NCBI RefSeq assembly: GCF_006345805.1
Contig: NC_043010.1
Span: forward strand, 38,254,001 to 38,318,000
DNA: 64,000 bases
From: Octopus sinensis
Lineage: Eukaryota
Reading direction: 5' to 3'
In this document: positions 51,752 to 63,515 of the stretch, one piece after another
How positions within the stretch are numbered: the first letter of the stretch is position 1
How the letters are laid out: each line of letters starts with the position of its first letter
Notes under the pieces: model-generated
Database searches by the model: none
What the model was told of the DNA's origin: nothing
Seen by the model: only the letters and a program-made list of their open reading frames with translations
Program-made: the position numbers and the translations under genes

Positions 51752-52445
51752 TAGTTGTGTGTGTGAGAGAGATACACACATATTTGTTGGTCTGTATGAT
51801 AGAAAGAGAAAGAGATGATGATGATGAGAGAAGAAGGTTTAAGAAAAATACAGTGATGGAGTCTGCTGTTCGTAATTCCAAGACTTTGAAGAGACGTGCA
51901 AAGCTTCAATGCCCTTCACAGCTTAATATCGCACACACACAGAGACATTCAAATGTTGAAGATGCATACTATAGTCAATCGTATCAATCTCAGTACTTCA
52001 CTGCTACCTATTTTATCAACCCTTCTCCCACCCCCCAGAAGGAAGGAAGGACAGCAAAACTGACCTAGACGGGTTTCGAACTCAGAACATAAAGGGACGC
52101 AATGAAATAGCACAAGGAAGGCGTATAGTCCACCCACTCCAGCGGTTCTTCGACAAATATTCAAATATTTGTCTTCGGTGAATCAGGCGTATTATGAACA
52201 CACATCGTCTAAATGGGGATGTTTTCCGATGAAGGAAAGTAACAGTCATTCGCATATTCACGTTCGAATCTGCCAGGGTGTATTAGGAATAAATAGACGC
52301 TCTATTGTTTGGATTCTTGCCTTTCTGCGTGCATCTCCCGAATTATTCAAAGACCATCTTTCATTATTTAAACCCGAGAAGTAAGTCTGGAAATAGAATA
52401 GTGCAGACGATTAGCAGTTCTACCTGGTCTACAATGTTGCTGTAG

Positions 52446-52622
52446 TGGAGGCCCAGTGGTTAGGGCAGCGGACTCGCGTCATAGGATCGCGGTTTCGATT
52501 CCCAGACCGGGTGTTGTGAGTGTTTATTTTGAGCGAAATTACCTAAAGCTCCACGAGGCTCCGGCAGGGGGTGGTGGCGAACCCTGCTCTACTCTTTCAC
52601 CACAACTTTCTCTCACTCTTAG
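52446..52622 (+). mobile_element. Family C SINE, 5' part
   Basis: gtggaggcccagtggttagggcagcggactcgcg...ctttctctcactctt. Confidence 0.88.
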
Positions 52623-52779
52623 ATCTTGGTCTACCAATTATGTTGGCAGGGTTTGCCTTTTTTTCTTCTTCATTTTGTTCACTAGATCTTTTGCCTTAAT
52701 GTTTCCATCCCTTTTTCCATTTTCGACTGCCCCTACTTCATTATCATCTGTCTTTCCCTCCATCTTCTGACTCTTGTTT

Positions 52780-52783
52780 TATA

Positions 52784-52834
<51 letters not shown>

Positions 52835-52921
52835 GAGTGAGAGCAGTTCATGCCATCAAAGTGACACTGGGGTAAAATATACGAAGCCCAATATACCCAT
52901 CATGACTACCCGTCTGTATTA

Positions 52922-52961
<40 letters not shown>

Positions 52962-53001
52962 CATAATTATTATTATTATTATTATATTATTATTATATTA
53001 T

Positions 53002-53050
<49 letters not shown>

Positions 53051-53051
53051 C

Positions 53052-53083
<32 letters not shown>

Positions 53084-53254
53084 GATATTATTATTATTAT
53101 TATCAGTATTATTATTATTATTATTGTTATTATCATTATTATTATTATTATCATTATTATCATTTTATTATCATTATTATTATTATTATCTTATTATTAT
53201 TATTATATTATTATATTATTATTATCATTATTATTATTATTATTATCATTATTA

Positions 53255-53295
<41 letters not shown>
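52780..53295. repeat. (ATT)n microsatellite field
   Basis: Directly visible; ORF 52833..53372 is an artefact. Confidence 0.95.
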
Positions 53296-54372
53296 TCGTC
53301 ATTCCGCTTATCGTTGTCATTCTCTGTTTTTCTTCATTTCTTTCTCTTTTTTTTTTAATCTTCTGTTTCTAATTTTTCAGGCTAAACTCTGGTTACCCGA
53401 ACTTGTTGATGTAAAATATCTAATATATAAAAATACGTTTGATGTTTAAACCATATCAGTACTCATATACTGGTTCCGACTGCTTCGGCTTAGCTGGAGC
53501 ACTATCCTGAAGGGTTTATAATCAATTATATCGACTCTCGTACTCATATTATCGATCTCAATTTATTGTATAGCTATTGAACTTCATCCCATTGTGGACG
53601 TGAACACTACAAACATTTACCTCTATTTACACTATAGATATATAGAAACTTTGATACTATGTTTCTGCTATTTTCTTTAATTCGTGTATTGTAATAAACA
53701 TTTTATTCCTACATTTGCAATTTTTCTCTCTATGAATATTTAAAAAAAATTGATAAAACATACATTTATATCAGCAATCCTATAACCTGTTCTGGCGTTA
53801 GTGTGCAAAAGAGTACTACAAACAGACGAAAACGTACCATCCCCTCTCTTCCTATGCCGGTTTTGTCACAAAGCAAACAAGAACAAAAAGTTTGCAAATC
53901 AAATTTACCAATGAAATATAAGAATGAACTGATTATGCACTTCTAAGGGAATGTATAAAACCAATAATACTGGACGGAAGCACAAATTATCAAAATCAAT
54001 AAAAAAAACAAAAACAATGGTGGAATTATTCGATAAAACACTAAGTAACACCTGACAGTGATCTCCAGCCAATATCTTAAACCGTCAAGCAGTCTAATTG
54101 CAATATATGAGAAGATTAAAGCAAGTGTGGTTGTAAATATTTGACAGCGTTTTATCTCTACAGATTAGAGGTTTATAGTTTGAGAAGTTATAATCTTATC
54201 AACAGCAATAACAACAACGTCTCATTTCGGGACATTTCAACATTCAGTTTTTTTCTGGATAAATAATTATGTTAAAGAAACTGCGCGATCAACGTGACGC
54301 TATTGTGGGTTTAAATATTTGCCGCAAGAGCGTTTGTTTGAGTGTTCCGAGTAAGAAGGAATCTTAACATTA

Positions 54373-54479
54373 CGAGGAGTGTATGAAAAGTTTGAAGTGT
54401 TGTACCTTCATCAGAAGTTTTGTACCGTGTTTTTTTTCTATTTTTTTTTTGAGACTCAAGACTTTTCATATACCCCTCG
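54373..54479. mobile_element. ~107-bp Tc1/mariner-type MITE
   Basis: ta|cgaggagtgtatgaaaagttt ... agacttttcatatacccctcg|ta. Confidence 0.8.
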
Positions 54480-54527
54480 TATAACATTATGTGTAGCGTT
54501 TTCACGTAAAACAATACATATACTCTT

Positions 54528-54905
54528 TTACTCTTTTACTTGTTTCATTCATTTGACTGCGGCCATGCTGGAGCACCGCCTTTAGTCGAGCAAATCGACC
54601 CGGGGACTTATTCTTTGTAAGCCCAGTACTTACTCTATCGGTCTCTTTTGCCGAAACGCTAAGTGACAGGGACGTTAACACACCAGCATCGGTTGTCAAG
54701 CAATGCTAGGGGGACAAACACAGACACACAAACATATACACACACATACATATATACGACAGGCTTCTTTCAGTTTCCGTCTACCAAATCCACTCACAAG
54801 GCATTGGTCGGCCCGAGGCTATAGCAGAAGACACTTGCCCAAGGTTACACGCAGTGGGACTGAACCCGGAACCATGTGGTTAATAAGCAAGCTACTTACC
54901 ACACA
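54528..54905 (-). mobile_element. Family B SINE
   Basis: Near full-length reverse-complement match. Confidence 0.92.
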
Positions 54906-55687
54906 TCCACATATAGAAATAAAAACTACGTTATCTGCAAAAGACTGATATCATGTTCATAAAAAAGATTTGCCTCAGAAAGAAGTTCTAATCCCATCAC
55001 AGTCAGCTATGCCTTTCATCCTTCCGGGGTCGATATAAAATAGTTACCAGTGAAGTACTGAGTTCAATATAAATGATTATCATACACTCCCTCCAGCAAA
55101 TTCAGGGCCTTGTGCCCAATGTTAGCTTTTACTTTTTTTTTTCTGTTATCAAGAAACACAAACGAAAATAGAGACAAAAACAAAACGATAAAAATGAACA
55201 ACAACAAAAAAAACCCCAGCTCTTACTTCTGTCCCTTGACATTATCCCGACACCCCCAACACAATAACAACAACAATACATAAAACAATAACAAAAATAA
55301 TAAAATAAATCATGAGAAAAAAACAAACAAAAGTATTGAAAAAAGAAAATAAAAACAAAAAAAAAACAGAAGAAACAGTAAAAAATATAATAAAACAAAA
55401 ACAACGAAGGAGTTGTTTGTGAGTTCAAATTAGAATTTTCCTGGTTGCTGCGTTATTTTATTGAAGTCTTCCTCGCTTATTTCATCCTGATCGCTCTCTC
55501 CAAGTTTCGATCTGTCGTAATAATATTCTTCGGGTCCATCTTTACCTGTTCAATACATAGGACAAGATAAGAGACGAAAAAAAGACATACATATAGACAT
55601 ACACACACATATAATATAATATATTTATATATATATAATATATTATATGTATGTCTATATATATATATATATATATATATTGTATAT

Positions 55688-55719
<32 letters not shown>

Positions 55720-55771
55720 ATATATTATATGTATATATATAATATATAATATTATATATATATAATATGAT

Positions 55772-55809
<38 letters not shown>

Positions 55810-55996
55810 TGTGGTGTAGGTATAAGTTAGAGGGATAGATATATCCGAAGGCACTCCTGGTAATTACCTCAGTAGGTATAATCCTTGGTAAAAGGTATAC
55901 GGCAGCAGGTAATTTAGCGGGTAAACTGTAGTTTAATTTATATAGACGAAATGATTTCCTACCGCAAAAGACACACTTCTTATTGCTATTCCCCCT

Positions 55997-56064
<68 letters not shown>

Positions 56065-56067
56065 ATA

Positions 56068-56106
<39 letters not shown>

Positions 56107-56312
56107 TACACACATAATCGTACAGGACATCACAAGTGAAAAGTATGCAAACACACAAGAGATAAGTACAGGACAAAATACCAAAGGATGTCTAAGCCTT
56201 CCTCAGTTGTCAACTGTTTATTGCTACCTGTTTCGAGCTTTCAACGACAATATATATATATATGTATAAGTCAGTAAATGGTAGGGTTATGTTAACCGCA
56301 CGTGGAGAAATG

Positions 56313-56596
56313 ATAGGAGAGGAAAAAATAAGGCAGAATGCTAAATTGAAAGTAAATTTTTATAAAATTGGGTGTATGAAAAATTAAAAAATTAAAAAAG
56401 AAAAAAAAATCAAACCAGCTTACATTGGAAGGCAAATTTAAAAAAAAAATTTTTCTCCTTCCAAATCTTGAAAATTTGCCTTGCAATTAAAGCTGGTTTG
56501 ATTTCTTTTTTCTTTTTTAATTTTTCATACACCCAATTTTATAAAAATTTACTTTCAATTAGCATTCAATTTAGCATTATTATTTTCCTCTCCTAT
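56313..56596. repeat. Long AT-rich foldback (~125-bp arms); probable MITE
   Basis: ataggagaggaaaa...aaatttttataaaattgggtgtatgaaaaa...aaaccagct...ggcaaattt inverted against aaatttgcc...agctggttt...tcatacacccaattttataaaaattt...ttttcctctcctat. Confidence 0.85.
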
Positions 56597-56607
56597 ATAT
56601 ACATATA

Positions 56608-56679
<72 letters not shown>

Positions 56680-57473
56680 ACATCTATATACATACATACA
56701 TACAAATATGTATATATATATATTATAATATATATATAGCTGTAAATGTTATTTTAACTACAATTAAACTATGACCATTTAATACCATTGATCAACTTCT
56801 AATTGTTAATTGTTGATCCATTTCTTTTCTTATCTGAATATATTAAACCACGGTTTATCATTTAAAATACCAAACTCCTGTTAACCGTATAGCAAGGCCT
56901 ATACATAGTTAAGTAATACACCTGTAGTGCCTACGGATACATTTATCCCTTAGACTGTTGCATAACTTCTTACTCATAATTGTTTTCGTCTAAATATTAT
57001 CTTCCTTTCTACTTCCTTTTCTTTCTCAGCAGTTACAACAGCGATGGTTCATTACGTCATTTTCTCTAAACTAGAATTTTCACGTTCTTATTTGAATTTT
57101 TCGCGTTTCAACTTTTCTCTGTTTTTCACTCGTTCCCAAAGTTGACGGACATTTAAAGATATGTAAAACCGAATCTGTTGTGAGACTTTTTATTTTTCGA
57201 TTTATTTATGTACTCGAAGAAACCCAGAACAGATCGAAACATGTGTTGTACTAAATAAAATCTTTTTTTTTTCAATCAATTTTATTAATACTATTTACCT
57301 CAACCACCACTATGAAGTTCCAGCAATCTACGGATAATAACAGGTAATCGAAACAGTGCTGGTGCTTTATTCATCATCCACTTATACATTTTGAATAATT
57401 TCTCCATTATATATATATATATATATAGAATAAAACTTTATATATAAAGAACGTGAAATACACGAAGTGACGA

Positions 57474-57536
<63 letters not shown>

Positions 57537-57547
57537 ATATATATATA

Positions 57548-57746
57548 TAAGAAAAAACCACCTTTTATCAATTCAATAGTTGAAAATTTAATTAAGTAAT
57601 TTGATTAAGTAATGTACATTACTTAATCATTGGTATATGTTTTTATCTTATATTTAATTTTTTTCCATAGGATGTAATTTTTTTTTCTATATGGTATAAT
57701 TACATTTTTTCATTGTTGAATTGATAAAAAGTGTTTTTCTTTCTTA
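57548..57746. repeat. Foldback with ~40-bp arms and an internal perfect 28-bp palindrome
   Basis: accttttatcaattcaatagttgaaaa / ttttcattgttgaattgataaaaagt; tgattaagtaatgtacattacttaatca at 57602-57629. Confidence 0.7.
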
Positions 57747-57848
57747 TTTATATATGTATATTATATTTTGTGAAATTTGATTTAGTATTTCTAAATTGAA
57801 TTTTTCACTGTAAGTTTGGAATTATATTCCCTAATGAGATTGTATGTA

Positions 57849-58054
57849 CAGTAATCCCTCAACTATCGTGGGTGTTACGTTCCGAAGCCTCCTACAGAAA
57901 CAATTAAAACCTAAAAAAATATAAATACCTATCGGCCGCAGAAACCCGTGATATACTGAGGAGTCCGTGATATAAATTTACATATATTAGCCAGAAAAAT
58001 CCGCGATGTACTGAGGGCACGGTAGGTGAACCGCGATATGGCGAGAGATTACTG
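57849..58054 (+). mobile_element. Tigger/pogo-type MITE, complete
   Basis: ta|cagtaatccctc ... gagagattactg|ta; lies just 3' of the receptor stop codon. Confidence 0.82.
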
Positions 58055-58146
58055 TATATATGTACGCACACACACACAGTGAATATGTGCCGAGACATGG
58101 ATGTCTTACTTAAATAGGATGGAACCAACACAATTGCCTCTGCCAA

Positions 58147-58160
58147 TCACACTTTACTGT
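58147..58160 (-). CDS. MEGF10/Draper-like receptor, terminal coding exon ((D)SKV*)
   Basis: Acceptor aatttttcttttatag|AC AGT AAA GTG TGA; phase 1 matches the upstream exon. Confidence 0.7.
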
Positions 58161-58566
58161 CTATAAAAGAAAAATTATCAACAACACATTTGCTAATTTA
58201 ACCTTAAATCTTAATTTAGAATTAAAAATTAATTTAGATTTATGTGCACTATGTCTGGATAACAAAATAAATTTAGACTTAAATACACTATGTCTAGATA
58301 ATAAATGGGATGTTCGTGGCTGGAATGTCTTTTATCGTGAGTACAAGATTGTACAATGGCGAACGTAGAGATATATAAATGTTAAGCGTAGAGACATACA
58401 AACTGTTCAGCGTGGAGACATACAACTGTTCAGCGAATAAACAATTTAGTGACACCATCTGCATGATAAATGATAGTTAAGTTCGTGTTAACACATTAAA
58501 TGCACGTTAAATTACCATTTACTTTACATTAAATCGGATTTATTATTTTTCTTATTTTATATCCTT

Positions 58567-58733
58567 TGTCTGGAAATCTTTCGTCATACGTCCTGTGAAC
58601 TCTTCATGTCTTCTCCTGTAGTGTCTAGTCCATTTAGAATGGATTAGAATGGACAGAACAGAACAGCAGGAGACACGTGGGATGGAGAGTCGCTGACGAG
58701 GTCACAAGATATATGACGAGAGATTTCCAGGCA
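58567..58733. repeat. Imperfect ~170-nt hairpin in the last intron
   Basis: tgtctggaaatctttcgtcatacgtcctgtgaactc / gaggtcacaagatatatgacgagagatttccaggca, plus inner tctcctg..gtccatt / aatggac..caggaga arms. Confidence 0.8.
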
Positions 58734-58799
58734 CATTAAATCACCATTTACTTGGTGATTCTTTCATCGCCACTTGAAGTCTATTATTCACTGATAAGG

Positions 58800-58995
58800 G
58801 AATAATCGTTTCTACTTTAAACACGAGGACTGAAATTTATAAGAAGGGTGGGGCTAGCTGATTACATAGACCCCAGTGTTCAACTGGTATTTATTTTATC
58901 GACCCGAAAGGAAAAAAGACAGAATTTGTATTCAGAACGAAAGACTCCTAAGCATCTTGCCTGGCGCACTAGCGACTCTGCTGACTCACCGCCTT
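58800..58995 (-). mobile_element. Degenerate family A' SINE
   Basis: gattacatagaccccagtgttcaactggtatttattttatcgacccgaaagg. Confidence 0.75.
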
Positions 58996-59216
58996 CTTAT
59001 GAGGTGATAATAAGACCGAAACATGTCCAGTGTTATCTTCCCTTCTTTGCTGAGATATATAATATTAGTCATTGACTAATATTATTTTGTTCTCTTTCTT
59101 ATTTCTTCGCTTTTAAATGTTTATTTTATGATATATGTTAACACTAACTTGACTGTTGTTATTCAAGCGGGTGGCGTGTCTGAGTTAATTCATTCTCTGA
59201 AACACTGTTGACTTAC

Positions 59217-59336
59217 CGTCATGTGGAAGAGCCACTCGGACAGGAATGGAGTAACCGCTCTCAACCATGTTACTTAACATGTCTCGTTCTATTTGCTTAT
59301 TGTCGACTTTATTTGCATCTATGCCTGCTGTGGCCC
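59217..59336 (-). CDS. MEGF10/Draper-like receptor, cytoplasmic exon (GATAGIDANK...ESGYSIPVRVALPHD)
   Basis: 120 nt, phase 1-1, open; cgtttcttcccctccag| acceptor and G|gtaagt donor. Confidence 0.85.
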
Positions 59337-59949
59337 CTGGAGGGGAAGAAACGAGGGCCAAAGGGCCAGAAATTAAAACTTAAGGCATTAGATTAAGCAT
59401 TAAGAAACTCCAAGGCACACGTCATAACGAAATAAATTTTGATTTTAGCATCGTTTAAATCGCAGGAAAAAATCTCTCCTAAAATACGCCTCCCCCCCCC
59501 CACACGCACAAACACTCTAAAAACACACTTTCACATTTTGTGAATGCAACCACAAGCTTGCACATACGTAAACACATACATACACACTCAAAGACACAAG
59601 CGCGCGCGCACACACACACACAGTACGCACTAACTTTTAAGGCAAATTTCAAATGGCCTCAAGAGACGCAAAGAAGGGCCAAATGAATCAGTGCTTAATA
59701 CATTTTCTATTGCATGCAACAAATGAGAGATATATCTCCACTTATCTCATTTCCGGGATAGGACGCTAGGGCATCGAACATAACATTCCCAGTGAGCTTC
59801 CTCTATGCACAAATAGAAACTCTAAAATGAAGTGTTGTTATTGATGTTCTGTAACTCTAGATTAACTCTGATCGAGTCTATCTATTGGTAAAGACATTCC
59901 AGCCGTAACCATCCATGCTCTTTTTTCTGTAGTGGGAACCCAAGACTTA

Positions 59950-60225
59950 GTAGGACATCCACGCAGCCCTCTTCCTCCTCTCTCTCAACTCATCCTGTCT
60001 CTCACTTCTTCCTCTCCCTATCTCCTCCTCCCTCTCTCTACTCTTCACGTTCCCCCCTCTCTTCTCCTTTCTCTCTCCCCTCTTTCTTCTCTATCCTCTT
60101 TTTCCCCTCCTCTTTCTCCCTTCTCTCCTCCTCTTTCTTCTTTCTCCTTTCTCCTCCACTCCCTCCTCTCTTTCCTCTCTCTTTCTCTTCTCTTACCCTC
60201 TTCCATTCTCTCCTATTCCTCTCCT
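59950..60225. repeat. Low-complexity CT-rich (polypyrimidine) tract
   Basis: Almost pure C/T on the plus strand. Confidence 0.9.
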
Positions 60226-60537
60226 GGTGCTACAGTCGATCGTGCATGTCCATGACTGCTTTCTAGGTTATTCAACCATCATCACTTTGCAGGCCGCCCT
60301 TTGGAGACGTGGGTATACATAATCACGAAGGCTATTTACAAGTTAGCTAGATTTTCACAAATTACTAGCGACACTGTCTCGGGGACGGCGTAATGCTTTG
60401 AATGTTCAACGAAATGATTGCAGTAAATTTAAAGTGAAAATTTACGAGCTGGTTGCTGAATTTAAATTCTATTCACATGCAGCAATGATAACCATCATGC
60501 ACATAGACATATGCAAATAAAATAATGATACCCCACC

Positions 60538-60571
<34 letters not shown>

Positions 60572-60846
60572 ACACACACACATACATGCATACACACACC
60601 ACAATGATAAATTATCACACACATGCACATACACCAACAAAACAATGATAATCACGCGATAAGATCTCGCACCTATATTTTACATCGTGTATCCGAAAAA
60701 GATAAACTCCGTTTATTCTTTCATTATGTAGATTTAATGTCATGGCTCCAAATTATTAAGTGGTATATATATTCATATACATAAAACACACACACACACA
60801 CACACACACACCACACACACACACACACACATAAAACGACACTTAC

Positions 60847-61065
60847 CTAGTTGGTTGACGTTTTTGCTGGGGTTTGCTGATTTAGCTATGTTATTGTGTT
60901 GATCAAGTTGCACGTTCTGTGTTGGTGGACTAGTTATTCCGCCAGCTGCACCTGCAACAGTTGCCGTTGTAGTTGTTGGTCCACCATCTTGGAATATTGG
61001 ACCGGAAATAGGGATGCGGGTATTATTGGGAGATGGCATTCCATAGATGGGGTTGTCAATTCCGG
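60847..61065 (-). CDS. MEGF10/Draper-like receptor, NPxY exon (AGIDNPIYGMPS...KNVNQL)
   Basis: 219 nt, phase 1-1, open; (tat)n-accattcag| acceptor and G|gtaagt donor. Confidence 0.88.
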
Positions 61066-61069
61066 CTGA

Positions 61070-61123
<54 letters not shown>

Positions 61124-61124
<1 letters not shown>

Positions 61125-61263
61125 GAGCCATGGAGTGCTAACAGAACTTTACAACGATGTTTTGCAACACCCTAGCATGATGCTCTCTTGGCTAGTTAAT
61201 GGTTTAACATTCCTGCTTCCAAAATGTGAAGAAACAAATGAACCAAAAAATTATAGACCCATA
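61124..61263 (+). mobile_element. R4/Dong-type reverse-transcriptase fragment abutting (AAT)n
   Basis: HGVLTELYNDVLQHPSMMLSWLVNGLTFLLPKCEETNEPKNYRPI resembles the P.WL..G.T.L.PK....PKNYRPI RT N-terminal motif. Confidence 0.75.
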
Positions 61264-61500
61264 TACGACAACTTTAACACGAAATAACTTGGTCAAAAGC
61301 GTTCAGAGTAAACCGTGTTCTACATGAGAAATTCTGTCAGTATTCGAAGCTTCAAACTGTTTAGTTAAAAAAAGTAATTAAAAAATCTGTGATTGAGATG
61401 GTCTTTATATCTATATACATACATATATGCACGTATGCATATATTTGTATGTAATGTATATATGTATATTATGCATGATATAAAAGAGGATGTAACTTAC

Positions 61501-61710
61501 CGACTTCCACATTGTGCTTATATTTCATGACTCTTTGAGCTCCTTCAGCCGCTTGTAGTCCCAACCGGCGCAGCTTGTTTCGGTAATAGAATGCCATAGA
61601 AATCAATACGATGATAAGGACTACGAGGAGAACAATCAGCACCATAGTGGTGGCGCTCATGGATGGCTTCTCTTGGCTCTCCATGCCGTAAGCAGCATTG
61701 GCTATCTTTA
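61501..61710 (-). CDS. MEGF10/Draper-like receptor, transmembrane exon
   Basis: 210 nt, phase 1-1; IKIANAAYGMESQEKPSMSATT-MVLIVLLVVLIIVLISMAFYY-RNKLRR...; ttccacag| acceptor and G|gtaagt donor. Confidence 0.92.
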
Positions 61711-62220
61711 CTGTGGAAACAGTAGCATATACGAATAGTTAATTTTGGGAAAGATTGATTTTCGATGGCGATAGAGAAAGAGGGAAAGGTGGGAAGAGAA
61801 AGAGAGGAAGTAAGCGGGAGATGAAGTGATGTTGGGAGGGAGACCAAAGAGCTTATCGATTAGATAGCTGAGAGAGATAGATGGGAGAATTGATGGATGA
61901 ATGGCTGGAGGGGGTGAATGATTGTAGAGAAAATTCAAAAGGGAGTTTATAAACGATTAACGGGAAATGAACGAAAGCCATGGAACACACAGAACTACCT
62001 CTCATCAGCCATGGAAATCCAGGCTATAAGCGCAGTTTCGGAAGATATTAAACTCCATGGTACTGCTCATCCAGTTGTGCCAGTAGTACGGAATATCGGT
62101 ACGATGATGGACAAAGAAGGGCAAAACGAAAAAGACAACAAAACAAAAGTAGGACAGAAAATTACGGATAGAAACAATACAGTAACAGAACATACATACA
62201 TATATATATATATATATAAT

Positions 62221-62284
<64 letters not shown>

Positions 62285-62592
62285 ATATATATACATATAC
62301 ATATATACACTCATATATATAAATACGCGAGCAAATACACAAACGGGCGTTTGTATGTGTGCCGTCTCGCACGCATGTAAGTACATATAGTATATAGCGG
62401 AATAATAACATGGGCTAGCTAGAAACACGGGTATGTAAAATACAAAAGGATAGACGGACAGATGGCTGGATGAAGAGACGGATGTACACATCCTTTCCTC
62501 CGCACACACTCACACTCACATACGCATACAATGGAAAAGCGGGGATGGTTCAGAAAAGGAAGAAAAGCAGAAAAAAAGAACAGAATACATAC

Positions 62593-62682
62593 TTGTACAG
62601 CCCAAGATGAAGTCACAATACTGTTGATCGTTGCACTTACACACGTGTTCACAGTTATCTCCATAACGGCCGTATGGACAAC
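62593..62682 (-). CDS. MEGF10/Draper-like receptor, last (short) EGF-like exon
   Basis: 90 nt, phase 1-1; SCPYGRYGDNCEHVCKCNDQQYCDFILGCT; cttag| acceptor and A|gtatgt donor. Confidence 0.92.
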
Positions 62683-63100
62683 CTAAGCGACACACGCAAG
62701 ACAAAACAATATTGTATATAACTTTATGTAATTTTACACACACACACACACAAATATATGACAGGTTATATTGTATGCGTGCTGTCTCGCACGCATCTAA
62801 ACACATAGTATATAGCGGAATAATAACATGGGCTAACTAGAAACACGGGTATGTATTCGTTAGAATTGATTGGGCAACTCCGAGAGTTTGTTAGCGATAG
62901 AAAGCCTGTTTAGGAGGTTATTCGCAGCGTCTAAAGTGCTGTAAATCGGGATTGCACAGGCGGAAAAAAATCCTTTATCAAAATGCAAAATAATAAGAGG
63001 AAAGAATTTTACAAAATAAAATTTTAACGAAAAAAAGAAAAGGAAAAAGAACGTAGAATAATATACAAAAATATTTTTTTAAGTATAAAATGCACCTGTT

Positions 63101-63131
<31 letters not shown>

Positions 63132-63323
63132 TACGAACATATATATGCATATTCAAATATATATACACATGTACATAAGCATACATATATATGTATATAT
63201 ATATATATATATATATAAAAACACACATATATATATATATATAAACACATACATACAGGCAGGAAGCAGATAGATAGATAGATAGATAGATAGATCAGCC
63301 ATTATCTATAAAACTTCACTTAC

Positions 63324-63452
63324 TTTCTTTACAGTGTACACCAGTATATCCCGGAAGACATCGGCAGGCGCCATCATTGGTGCGGCACTTTCCACCATTG
63401 CTGCACTCACATTTAAACTGGCAGTTTTCACCGAAATAACCTGGTTCACACT
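63324..63452 (-). CDS. MEGF10/Draper-like receptor, EGF-like exon (gene continues beyond the window)
   Basis: 129 nt, phase 1-1; CEPGYFGENCQFKCECSNGGKCRTNDGACRCLPGYTGVHCKE; A|gtaagt donor. Confidence 0.92.
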
Positions 63453-63515
63453 CTTTTTTTTTTTATCAAATGGAAATGTAACAGAGGGATAGAGAAAAAC
63501 ACTATTGTAGATTAA

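Noticed and set aside
55850-55935. Possible extra minus-strand exon (tacag|...AG|gtaatt)
   Set aside because: Weak acceptor, it lies beyond the inferred stop of the receptor, and the peptide is unrecognisable.
57200-57365. Penelope-terminus-like cgaaac...aataaa motifs (also 28200-28260, 45205-45265, 55490-55540, 56200-56245)
   Set aside because: Core CUGANGA or stems are broken; at best decayed remnants, not supportable as ribozymes.
58685-58735. ctgacga...gaga hammerhead-like string inside the hairpin
   Set aside because: GAAA is replaced by GAGA, the stem II register is off, and stem I does not pair.
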